64,000 bases of DNA from Deltaproteobacteria bacterium GWC2_65_14 (lineage in GTDB: Bacteria; Desulfobacterota; Deferrimicrobia; Deferrimicrobiales; Deferrimicrobiaceae): assembly GCA_001797615.1 (NCBI GenBank), contig MGPV01000029.1, positions 30,583-94,582 on the forward strand, given 5' to 3'. The notes under the pieces were generated by a model that saw nothing but the letters and a program-made list of their open reading frames with translations, did no database searches and was not told the DNA's origin. Within the stretch, counting starts at the first letter, position 1. Each line of letters begins with the position of its first letter. Made by a program: the position numbers and the translations under genes. Below, piece by piece: positions 1-7,995 of the stretch.

Positions 1-630
1 CAGCCCCCGGGTCGGAAGGGGAAGCGCCTGTCCGAGATGGGCGAAGACCCCGACGATCCGGGGGACGACGAAAGACATCAGGAAGATGACCACCAGGGCC
101 GCGACGGAGGCCATCAGGACCGGGTAGGTCAGCGCGGAGCGGACCCGGTTCCTCGTGCGGGACTGCTCCTCCAGGTGGTCGGCCAGCCGGGAGAGGGAGA
201 GCCCCAGCGTCCCGCTCTCCTCGCCGGCCCGGACCATGCTCGCGTAGAGCTCCGGGAAGCGTTCCGGATGGGACTCCACGGCGCGGGCGAGCGAGGCGCC
301 CCCCCGGACCGCCTCCGCGACGTCGGCGAGCACCGCGCGGCTTTCCGGGTCGTCCACCTGTGCGGAGAGGGAGGTGAGCGCCGAGACCACCGGGACGCCG
401 GCGCCGACCAGGGTGGCCAGCTGCCGCGTCAGCAGGGGGAGAACCTCCTGCCGGCCCAGGAGCGAGAGCGACGGGAAGATCCTCCCTTTCCCGGTCTCCA
501 CCGAAAGGGAGAGGGGGTACATCCCGTCGGCGCGCAGCTTCCCCCGCGCGGACAGGAGGGTGTCGGCGTCGAGGACTCCCTTCCTCTCGACGCCCTCCCG
601 CGTCACCACCGTGTACCGGAAGGTGGGCAA
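1..630 (-). CDS. gspF: Type II secretion system protein GspF, N-terminal part (gene runs off the left edge)
   Basis: The minus-strand frame is open from a TTG at ~630 (GGAG-type RBS upstream) to the window edge. My translation reads LPTFRYTVVTREGVERKGVLDADTLLSARGKLRADGMYPLSLSVE...VESHPERFPELYASMVRAGEESGTLG, a typical GspF/PilC N-terminus. It follows gspE in the canonical C-D-E-F order. It is absent from the ORF track because it has no in-window stop. Confidence 0.8.
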   Translation of the reverse strand, partial: MPTFRYTVVTREGVERKGVLDADTLLSARGKLRADGMYPLSLSVETGKGRIFPSLSLLGRQEVLPLLTRQLATLVGAGVPVVSALTSLSAQVDDPESRAVLADVAEAVRGGASLARAVESHPERFPELYASMVRAGEESGTLGLSLSRLADHLEEQSRTRNRVRSALTYPVLMASVAALVVIFLMSFVVPRIVGVFAHLGQALPLPTRGL

Positions 631-637
631 GGCGCTC

Positions 638-2167
638 CTACTCCTCCCGCGTGACGCGGAGGACCTCCTCCACGGAGGTGATCCCTTCGCGGACCTTCGC
701 GGCGCCCGACGCCAGGATCGTCCGCATCCCCCTGGCCAGGGCATGCTCCCGGATCCCTTCCGAGTCGGCCCGGGTCAGGATGAGCGCCCGGAGCCGGTCG
801 TCGACGACCAGGATTTCGAAGATCCCGGCGCGGCCCCGGTAGCCGGTGCTCATGCAGGCGGGGCATCCGGGGGCCTGGTAAAAGCTCCCCGAGGGCGATC
901 CGGCCAGCCCGATCTCCCTCCACTGCTCCGGGGACGGGGAATAGGGGACCCGGCAGTCGAAGCAGAGACGCCGGACCAGCCGCTGGGCGATCACCGCCGT
1001 GAGGGAGGAGGCGACCAGGAACGGCTCGATCCCCATGTCGACCAGGCGGGTCACCGCGGAGGCCGAGTCGTTCGTGTGCAGGGTGGAGAGCACCAGGTGG
1101 CCGGTGAGCGAAGCCTGGATCGCGATCACGGCCGTCTCGGGGTCCCGGATCTCCCCGACCATGATGATGTCGGGGTCCTGGCGAAGGATCGACCGAAGGC
1201 CCGAGGCGAAGGTGAGATGGATCTTCGGGTTCACCTGGATCTGGCCGATCCCCCGGATCTGGTACTCGACCGGGTCCTCGATGGTGATGATGTTCTTGGT
1301 CCCCGAGTCGAGGCGGCGCAGCGCGCCGTAGAGGGTCGTGGTCTTTCCCGACCCGGTGGGGCCGGTGACCAGCAGGATCCCGTTCGAGCGGGAGAGGATC
1401 CGCAGCATGGTGGAGAGGTCGCCGGGGTCGAGCCCGACATCCTCCAGCCCGAGCAGCAGGCTCGACCGGTCGAGGATCCGCAGCACCGTCCGCTCGCCGA
1501 ACGAGGTGGGGACGACCGAAATGCGGATGTCGATCTCCTTCCCCCCGACCCGGATCCGGATCCGCCCGTCCTGGGGGAGACGCCGCTCGGCGATGTCCAG
1601 GCCTGCCATCACCTTGATCCGGGAGACCACGGGGGCGTGCCACTTCCGGGGCGCCGTGACCATCGGGTAGAGGACCCCGTCGATCCGGTTGCGGATCGCC
1701 AGCTCCTTCTCGTAGGGCTCCACGTGGATGTCGCTGCTGCGCTCCCGGATCGCCCGGAAGATCAGGGAGTGGACGAACTTGATCACCGGTCCCTCGTCGG
1801 GCGACTCGAGCAGGTCCCGGGTCTCCTCGATGGCCGCCTCGACGTCGAGCTCCCACTCCCCGGAGAGCCCCTCCACGATCTCCCGCTCGGGGGTCTGGAC
1901 CTTCTCGTAGGCGGAGTCGATCATCCGCAGGATCGTCTCGGGCGGGATCGGAACGACCCGGACCGGCCCGACGAGGAAGCGGGTCTCGTCGATCGCGAAC
2001 GAATCGGACGGGTCCCCAGCGAGCAGGACGAGCTCCCCCTCCGGCCCCGTGCAGGGGAGGAGCAGGTGCCTTCGGGCATACCCGATCGGGATCTTCCCGA
2101 GCAGCCCGACCTCCGGCGTATACTCCGGGGAATCGGAGGGCGGTCGCTGGTCCGTCGACTGGCTCAT
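638..2167 (-). CDS. gspE: Type II secretion ATPase GspE
   Basis: 509-aa ORF with Walker A GPTGSGKTTT, the GspE/PilB N-terminal domain and a C-terminal tetracysteine motif (CFDCRVPY...CPACMSTGYRGR). It is flanked by gspD and gspF. Confidence 0.92.
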   Translation of the reverse strand: MSQSTDQRPPSDSPEYTPEVGLLGKIPIGYARRHLLLPCTGPEGELVLLAGDPSDSFAIDETRFLVGPVRVVPIPPETILRMIDSAYEKVQTPEREIVEGLSGEWELDVEAAIEETRDLLESPDEGPVIKFVHSLIFRAIRERSSDIHVEPYEKELAIRNRIDGVLYPMVTAPRKWHAPVVSRIKVMAGLDIAERRLPQDGRIRIRVGGKEIDIRISVVPTSFGERTVLRILDRSSLLLGLEDVGLDPGDLSTMLRILSRSNGILLVTGPTGSGKTTTLYGALRRLDSGTKNIITIEDPVEYQIRGIGQIQVNPKIHLTFASGLRSILRQDPDIIMVGEIRDPETAVIAIQASLTGHLVLSTLHTNDSASAVTRLVDMGIEPFLVASSLTAVIAQRLVRRLCFDCRVPYSPSPEQWREIGLAGSPSGSFYQAPGCPACMSTGYRGRAGIFEILVVDDRLRALILTRADSEGIREHALARGMRTILASGAAKVREGITSVEEVLRVTREE

Positions 2168-4389
2168 GGCTTCTCCGTGGGGGCCCTCTCCGGGAAGATC
2201 CTCTCGATCTCCCCCTTGTGCTGTTCGATGAACCGGTCCATCCTTCCCTGCTGGTCTCCGGTGATCTTCGTCATGTCGGCCGGGTTCACGATGACGCGCG
2301 GGGTGAGGAAAAGGAGCAGGTTCGTCTTCTTCCTGGAGACCGACTGGAACTTGAAGAGGTTCCCCAGGAGAGGGATGTCCCCCAGGAGCGGGATCTTTCG
2401 CTCCAGCTTGTTGAAGGTCTCCTGCATCATCCCGCCGATCACCACGGTGTCGCCGTTCTTCACGAGGACGCTGGTCTTCGCGGAGCGCTTCGTGGTCGTG
2501 GGCCCGACGGTGGAGAGCGCAAGGAGGGTGTCTCCCTTCACGGCGGAGGACTCCTGGTAGATCTCCAGGTTCACGAACTCGCTCTCGTGGATATGGGGGG
2601 TGATTCGCAGGATGATCCCGACGTCCTTGCGCTCCACGGTGTTGATGACGTTCGCGAGGTTCGTGCTGTCCCGCGACTGGCTGGTGATGAACGGGATGTT
2701 CTCGGCGATGATGATCTCCGCCTCCTTGTTGTCCAACGTCAGCAGATGCGGGGAGGAGAGCACGTTCACGTTGTCCCGGCTTTGGGCGGCGCGCAGGACC
2801 GCCGTGATCGCGGGGATCTCCGTCCCGTCCGGGAGCACGACGTTCCCGGCGATCCCGGCCGCGATCAGCCCGGTCCCGGAGAAGAGGAGCGGGTTCCCGG
2901 TGGCCAGCGACGCGAGCAGGGCGTTCAGGTTCCCCTGGAAGTCGAAGTTCGTCCCTCCCAGGACCGCCCCGCTCCTCCCCGTTTCCGCGGCGCCGCGGAA
3001 TTCCACGCCGAGGTCGCGCCCCTTGTCCAGGTTGATCTCCATGACCAGCGCCTCCACGTAGACCTGCCGGCGCCGGATGTCGAGCTTCTTGATGACCTCG
3101 ACCAGCGTCTGGTAGTCGTTCGGCGAGGCGATGACGATCAGGGAGTTGGTCGCCTTGTCGGCCGTGATCTTGACTCCCCCCTCCAGCTCCGCCGTGATGA
3201 CCCCCTTGATCGTGCCCGGAGGCTGGCCGGGGACGGTGGACCTTGCGGCCGACGACGAATCCGAGAGCGACGAGAGGACCTTGGCGGTCTCCTCGGCGGT
3301 GGCGTTCTCCAGGTAGTAGACGTTGATCTTCCCGGTGTTCTCCGGGGTCGGGATGTCGAGCCTGCGGATCAGGTCCTCCACGTCGTTCAGCACGTCCGGG
3401 ACCGCGAGGGCGAGGAGACTGTTCGTCCGGGTGTCCGGGAGGAACTTCGGCACGTTCCCCCGGGCCCTTCCCGGCAGGACCCGTCCGCGGGCTCCGGGGA
3501 CCTGCGGGGCGCCCGCCTGCTGGTAGAGCGAGTCGAGCATCCGGGCGACCTCCGCGGCGGAGGCATGCCGGAGCGGGAAGATCCGCAGCGTGCTCCCGGT
3601 TCCCTCCTGGTCGAGCTCCGCCAGGATCTTCATGAGCCGGTCGATGTTCGACCGGGAGTCGATCACGATCAGGAGGTTCGAGGTGGGAAAGGAGGTCAGC
3701 AGCCCGTCCTTCGAGATCATCGGGGTCAGCAGGGCGACGACATCCCCCACGTCGACGTATTGGAGAGGGATCAGGCGGGTAACGACCTTTGAGCCCGGCG
3801 CGTCGCTCCCCTCCCGTTCGGTGGGCATGCTCTCCTGCTTGGCGTCCCGCATCAGCACGATCTTGATCGTGTTCTCCTGCTCCACCGTGGCGAAGCCCTT
3901 GACGTGGAGGACCGACAGGAAGACGTTGTAGGCCTCCTCGAGGGTGATCCTGCGGGGGGAGATGATCGTGATCTTTCCCTGCACCCGCTCGTCGAAGATG
4001 AAGTTTTTCTTCGTCTGCTCGCTGATGAACTTGATCAGCACCGGAAGGTCCACGTCGGTGAAATCCATCGAGAGGTAGACCGGGGTGCGGGGGGTGGGCT
4101 GCGACTGGTTGTCGGCTGCGGGTCCCGGGGCCGGCGACTCGGGGATCGGGGCCTCGCCCTGCGTCGCCGGGGCGGCCGGAGGGGGTCCGGCCGAGGGGGT
4201 TCCCGCCTCCGGGGAGGTCGGAGTCTGCACCGCCGGGGGTGATTGCACCTCCGTGGAGGTCGGGGTCTGCACCGCCGGGGGCGATTGCCCCGCGGGAGGG
4301 GACTCCTCGGCCGCCCGTGCGCCTGAGGTGATCAGCCAGAGGGCCGCCGCAGCCAGGACCATCTTTCGCATCGCGCTCTCCCTGCTCAT
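2164..4389 (-). CDS. gspD: Type II secretion outer-membrane secretin GspD
   Basis: 741-aa ORF with signal peptide, N0-N3 domains and the C-terminal secretin domain (…VVIGGMMQET…IPLLGDIPLLGNLFKFQS…). It overlaps gspE by 4 nt. The N-terminus carries a Pro/Thr-rich 14-aa tandem repeat. Confidence 0.93.
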   Translation of the reverse strand: MSRESAMRKMVLAAAALWLITSGARAAEESPPAGQSPPAVQTPTSTEVQSPPAVQTPTSPEAGTPSAGPPPAAPATQGEAPIPESPAPGPAADNQSQPTPRTPVYLSMDFTDVDLPVLIKFISEQTKKNFIFDERVQGKITIISPRRITLEEAYNVFLSVLHVKGFATVEQENTIKIVLMRDAKQESMPTEREGSDAPGSKVVTRLIPLQYVDVGDVVALLTPMISKDGLLTSFPTSNLLIVIDSRSNIDRLMKILAELDQEGTGSTLRIFPLRHASAAEVARMLDSLYQQAGAPQVPGARGRVLPGRARGNVPKFLPDTRTNSLLALAVPDVLNDVEDLIRRLDIPTPENTGKINVYYLENATAEETAKVLSSLSDSSSAARSTVPGQPPGTIKGVITAELEGGVKITADKATNSLIVIASPNDYQTLVEVIKKLDIRRRQVYVEALVMEINLDKGRDLGVEFRGAAETGRSGAVLGGTNFDFQGNLNALLASLATGNPLLFSGTGLIAAGIAGNVVLPDGTEIPAITAVLRAAQSRDNVNVLSSPHLLTLDNKEAEIIIAENIPFITSQSRDSTNLANVINTVERKDVGIILRITPHIHESEFVNLEIYQESSAVKGDTLLALSTVGPTTTKRSAKTSVLVKNGDTVVIGGMMQETFNKLERKIPLLGDIPLLGNLFKFQSVSRKKTNLLLFLTPRVIVNPADMTKITGDQQGRMDRFIEQHKGEIERIFPERAPTEKP
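4213..4288. repeat. In-frame 42-bp tandem repeat (about 1.8 copies, 2 mismatches) inside the gspD 5' region
   Basis: ggaggtcgg(a/g)gtctgcaccgccggggg(t/c)gattgc recurs at 4213 and 4255. It encodes the repeated peptide VQTPTS(T/P)E… in the GspD N-terminal linker. Confidence 0.8.
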
Positions 4390-5294
4390 CGGATTTCGTA
4401 CGTAAGGGTGTTCTTCTGTCCCTGCCGGAGGACGTCGACCGTCACCCGTTTTTCATCCTTGAGGTTCTGGAAGATCGTGTACATCTTCTCGGGGCTGTTC
4501 AGCTCGACGGCGTTCACCCGCTGGATGACGTCTCCCGTCCGGAACCCCAGCTGCTCGAAGGCCGACCCGGGGCGCAGGGCGGCGAGGCGGTACCCCGCCG
4601 ACTTGTTTCCCTCGAAGTAGGGGATGATCCGGGCCTGCGTCATGAACTGGTTGATGTTCCCGGTCAGTTCCTCGACGGTCGCCTCGTCCAGCGAGAAGGC
4701 GTTCTCCCCGAGCCGGTTCACCTGGATCCCCCCGGCCGCAGCTCCCGGCGCGGGTCGGACCTCCCGGGAGCGGGCGGCGGCGGGGGAGGGAGAAGGAGGC
4801 GGCGCCGATCCCCGGGTTTTCGAGCCGACCGGGAGCAGTTCGAGCTTTTCCTCCCGTCCGCCGCGGCTCAGCAGCACATGGGACCGCTCGATGGAGGCCA
4901 CCCGGACTCCCGGCTCGATCTCCTGCTGTTCCCGTGTGAGTAGGGGATCGGACATCCCCTCCGCCCACAGGATCGCCCTCCGCAGCATTCGCAGTTCCGA
5001 GGAGATGGTCCCCAGGAGCGTGTACCGGGTGCTCGATTCCGGGACGGCGGTCCCCGCCTCCGCGTTGTGGCGGGAGGGGATCCCCATCCCCGCGGAGGGG
5101 GCGAAGATGTTGGTCCACTGGTCGGGGGGAACGTTGGTCCTGTTCTCCCCCGTCATCCGGGGATCCGCGGGCGCGGGCGCGGGGGGGGGAGCGTAGTACC
5201 GGACCGACAGGTACCGGCTCGCCGCAAAGCCGAGAGAAACTGCGGTAATGACGAGCGAAACAGCCAGGATTGCGAAAAAAACCGGTTTTTGCAT
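4386..5294 (-). CDS. gspC: Type II secretion protein GspC (N-terminal TM anchor, C-terminal PDZ domain)
   Basis: 302 aa with an N-terminal hydrophobic helix (FFAILAVSLVITAVSLGF), a Pro-rich linker and a C-terminal PDZ-like segment (…GYRLAALRPGSAFEQLGFRTGDVIQRVNAVELNSPEKM…). It is the first gene of the C-D-E-F cluster and overlaps gspD by 4 nt. Confidence 0.8.
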   Translation of the reverse strand: MQKPVFFAILAVSLVITAVSLGFAASRYLSVRYYAPPPAPAPADPRMTGENRTNVPPDQWTNIFAPSAGMGIPSRHNAEAGTAVPESSTRYTLLGTISSELRMLRRAILWAEGMSDPLLTREQQEIEPGVRVASIERSHVLLSRGGREEKLELLPVGSKTRGSAPPPSPSPAAARSREVRPAPGAAAGGIQVNRLGENAFSLDEATVEELTGNINQFMTQARIIPYFEGNKSAGYRLAALRPGSAFEQLGFRTGDVIQRVNAVELNSPEKMYTIFQNLKDEKRVTVDVLRQGQKNTLTYEIR

Positions 5295-5364
5295 TCCACC
5301 CCCGTCGGGCCCGATCCAATCCAGACATTTTCATCCGAATCGGAGGCTTCCGTCAACTGCCGGG

Positions 5365-5781
5365 CTATTCCCCGATCACCTGGACGATGATCTCCCGCGA
5401 TCTCTTTCGATTGTCGAAATCGATGAAGACGATCTGCTGCCAGGTCCCGAGTGCCATTTTCTTCTTCAAAAATGGGATGGTGAGGGAAGGTTTCAGCAGG
5501 GCCGCCCGGACGTGGGAGAATCCGTTTCCGTCGCCCCAGCGCCGGTCGTGCTCGTAGGGGACGTTCGACGGGACGAGCGTCTCGATCACCCGGGCGAGGT
5601 CGCTGACCACCCCGGGCTCGTACTCGATCGTGGTGACGGAACAGGTGGACCCGGGGCAGAATACGGTGACCGACCCGTTCTCGATGCCGGAGTTCTCCGC
5701 CTCCGCGGCCACCTTCCCGGTGACGTCGACGATGTCGCAGAACCCCTTCGTGGAGAGCACGAACTTTCCCGTGTGCACCAT
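5365..5781 (-). CDS. yjbQ: YjbQ/UPF0047 family protein (secondary thiamine-phosphate synthase-like)
   Basis: The ORF track gives 5365..5823. The likely start is the internal ATG at 5781, with a GAGGTG-type RBS (MVHTGKFVLSTKGFCDIVDVTGKV…). The 138-aa length and STKGFCDIT-like motif are typical of YjbQ. Confidence 0.75.
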   Translation of the reverse strand: MVHTGKFVLSTKGFCDIVDVTGKVAAEAENSGIENGSVTVFCPGSTCSVTTIEYEPGVVSDLARVIETLVPSNVPYEHDRRWGDGNGFSHVRAALLKPSLTIPFLKKKMALGTWQQIVFIDFDNRKRSREIIVQVIGE

Positions 5782-5898
5782 GGAACACCTCGCCGGATCG
5801 GGATCTCCCTTTCCTTGTACCACGATCCGGCGGGGGAGGCACCCGGGCCGCCGCCCCGGCCCGGGCTCTGGTTCGGAGAAAGAGGCGAGCTTCCCGGA

Positions 5899-6375
5899 TC
5901 AGATCCGGAGCCAATCCTCCTGGAGGACATCCCCGCGCAGCCCGACGACCACCGCCTTGACCGGCACCTTCCGGGAGCTCTCCTCCCAGGCGTTGATCGC
6001 CATCTGCGCCAGTCCCCGGCAGCAGGGGACCTCCATGATGGCGACGGTGAGCGACTTGATGTTCGACTCCTCGAACAATCCCTTGAGCTTCTCGGCGTAG
6101 GCCTCCTGCCCGCCGTCGAGCTTCGGACAGGCGATGGCGAGCGCCTTCCCCTTGAGCATGTCCTGGTGGAAGCTCCCGACGGCGAACGGGACGCAGTCGG
6201 CGGCCAGGAGCACCTCCGCTCCCTGGAAGTAGGGAGCGGCCGGGGAGACCAGGTGGAGCTGGATCGGCCACTGGCGAAGCTCCGAAGGGACCCGGGCGGC
6301 CTCCGTACCCCCCTGGTCCGGTTTGTCGTCGTACGCAATCGTCCTGGAACTCGGGCAACACTGGGAACCGCTCAT
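5899..6375 (-). CDS. Small cysteine-rich hypothetical protein (possible metal/redox-binding)
   Basis: ORF track 5899..6468. The likely start is the ATG at 6375, preceded by AGGAGG (MSGSQCCPSS…). The Cys pattern is CC…ADCVPFA…IACPKLDG…EVPCCRGL. I recognise no family with confidence. A weak DsrE/TusD-like flavour is only a guess. Confidence 0.5.
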   Translation of the reverse strand: MSGSQCCPSSRTIAYDDKPDQGGTEAARVPSELRQWPIQLHLVSPAAPYFQGAEVLLAADCVPFAVGSFHQDMLKGKALAIACPKLDGGQEAYAEKLKGLFEESNIKSLTVAIMEVPCCRGLAQMAINAWEESSRKVPVKAVVVGLRGDVLQEDWLRI

Positions 6376-6449
6376 CGTAACCTCCTGTCCGTTCCGCGTC
6401 CTCAATGGGATGCGAAGGATCAATGTTCTTCCATTGTTTTCCGGGAGAG

Positions 6450-6519
6450 ACCGTCGTTTCCTTGACAAGGGTCAAGCCGGATACAATAAGGTTCATCCCT
6501 GCGCAACAAGGAGGCAAAG
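6450..6519 (+). promoter_or_regulatory. Putative promoter and strong RBS of the decayed acyl-CoA dehydrogenase gene
   Basis: TTGACA, then a short ~14-nt spacer, then TACAAT, then AAGGAGG 6 nt before the ATG at 6520. The spacer is suboptimal. Confidence 0.4.
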
Positions 6520-7195
6520 ATGTACGATTTCATGCTCTCCGAAGAGGCGAAGTCCACGGTCCGGGAGGTCCGCGAATTCGTCCGGGACGAGGTGCCGCCC
6601 GAGTATCTGCGGGCGATGGACCGGGACGAGATCCGCTATCCCCGGGAATTCGTCGAAAAACTGGGGGGAAGGAACCTGCTCGGCCTGCGGTTCCCGAAAC
6701 GGTGGGGCGGGAGGAACCTGCCCTGGACGGCCGAAATCGCGGCGATCGAGGAGACCGGCGTGCTCGGGACGGCGCTGTGTTGCGCGTACGTGATGCCATC
6801 GATGGTCGGGGAGGCGCTGGACAAGTTCGGCACGGAAGAGCAGGGCGGCCCGGTCCGTGGATGCCGACTCCCCCAACATGCGCCGGATCGTCAGCGAGGC
6901 GAAGAAGTTCGCGACCGACACGGCCTGGGAGGTGGCGAACCAGGCGATGCAGGTGATGGGGGGGATCGGGTACACCGACGTCTACCCGATCGAGAAGGCG
7001 GTCCGGGACATCCGGCTCTCCCAGATCTGGACCGGCACGAACGAGATCATGAGCCTGCTGATCCAGCATGAATATTTCCAGGAGGTGCTGGAGAGTCCCT
7101 CCGACCGCAGGGACGTCGAGCAGGACGCCATGCACGCCGACGACTCGGAGAAGGTCTACGCGGACGAGGACCAGAAGAAGGGGATGGCGCGGTAA
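6520..7195 (+). pseudogene. Acyl-CoA dehydrogenase pseudogene with an internal deletion and frameshift
   Basis: The frame starting at 6520 encodes an ACAD N-terminal domain up to …LDKFGTEEQ (~108 aa) and then loses similarity. A different frame (6857..7195) encodes only the extreme ACAD C-terminus (…[43 protein letters not shown]…). The total span is ~225 codons against ~380 for intact ACADs, so ~150 residues of the middle domain are missing. Confidence 0.8.
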
Positions 7196-7219
7196 AAAAA
7201 AGGCCTCCTTGCGGAGGCC
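7194..7219 (-). terminator. Rho-independent terminator (native tRNA-Glu terminator displaced by the insertion)
   Basis: An A8 run on the plus strand is followed by the hairpin GGCCTCC-TTGC-GGAGGCC (7202-7219). On the minus strand this reads as hairpin then U8. It lies immediately distal to the displaced tRNA-Glu 3' fragment. Confidence 0.75.
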
Positions 7220-7225
7220 GGAGAG

Positions 7226-7273
7226 TCCTGGCGGTCCCACCGGGGTTCGAACCCGGGTTTTCGCCGTGAGAGG
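7226..7273. repeat. attR-like direct repeat: displaced 3' part of tRNA-Glu (48 bp identical to 11089-11136)
   Basis: tcctggcggtcccaccggggttcgaacccgggttttcgccgtgagagg is identical at both sites. It covers the 3' acceptor, T-arm and part of the anticodon stem of the minus-strand tRNA-Glu. Confidence 0.9.
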
Positions 7274-7511
7274 TGGACAGGCTCCGCGTGGGGCTCCTGA
7301 AAGGCCGGCCGCATGCGCCCGGGCGGGCGTGGAACCCGAACGCGAAGGCGCGGCACGATGAATCGGAAGAGAGACGGAAGGCCGGGGCGGAAAAGGCGGC
7401 GCGGAGACAGGAGTCGAAGCCTTATGCCGTGGGGACGGTGATCTCGGTCCTCTCCCTCTTGAAGCGGATCGCCAAGCGGGCGCTTTCCAGCTTCTCCAGC
7501 TCTACACGGGG

Positions 7512-7991
7512 TTGCGGCGGGGCGAGGTGCGGAAACTCAAGTGGACGGACGTGAATCTTGAGCGCGGCTTCATCCATATTCGCGATCCCAAGGGGGGCGT
7601 GGACCAGGTCATCCCGTTGTCCGACGCCGCGCGGGACCTGCTCTCGGAACATCCGCGTGAGGAGCGCAGCTCCTATGCCTTCGCCGGCGACCGGATGGGA
7701 AGCCCCCGGGGGATGCGTCAGATCTCCGAGGCATCGAGGAAGATCCGCGACGCCGCCGAGCTGCCGCCGGAGTTCCGCCCGAATCATGGGCTCCGGCACA
7801 CGTTCGCCTCGCATCTCGCGAGCCCGGGCGAGGTGGACCTCTACACGCTCCAGCGGCTCATGACCCACAAGAGCCCGATGATGACGCAACGGTACGCGCA
7901 CCTGCGCGACGAAACTCTCAAGCGCGGCGCGAACGTCATGTCCCGACTTGTGGCGGCAGCCGAGGAGAAGGTGGCCGAGAAGGCCGAATGA
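7512..7991 (+). pseudogene. int: Tyrosine recombinase/phage integrase, C-terminal catalytic domain only
   Basis: The 159-aa ORF starts at box I (TGLRRGEVRKLKWTDV). It contains HGLRHTFAS (HxxR) and MTQRYAHL (catalytic Tyr). An in-frame stop lies ~50 nt upstream. I find no N-terminal SAM-like/arm-binding domain in any frame of 7274-7511. Confidence 0.65.
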
Positions 7992-7995
7992 CCGG

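Noticed and set aside
603-1856. A 417-aa minus-strand ORF in an alternative frame of gspE
   Set aside because: It overlaps the unmistakable GspE reading frame; Gly/Arg/Pro-rich nonsense.
2218-3792. A 524-aa plus-strand ORF antisense to gspD, plus similar long antisense ORFs at 27909-30770 (versus leuS), 16207-18306 (versus plsX/fabH), 19195-21594 (versus fabG/acpP/fabF), 51435-53765 (versus msbA) and 61696-63783 (versus relA)
   Set aside because: Same GC artefact. Each lies opposite a gene with strong family motifs.
7273-7554. A 93-aa ORF upstream of the integrase fragment, considered as the missing integrase N-terminal domain
   Set aside because: The translation has no resemblance to a SAM-like or core-binding domain. 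It is in a different frame, starts inside the tRNA-derived repeat and overlaps the start of the integrase fragment.
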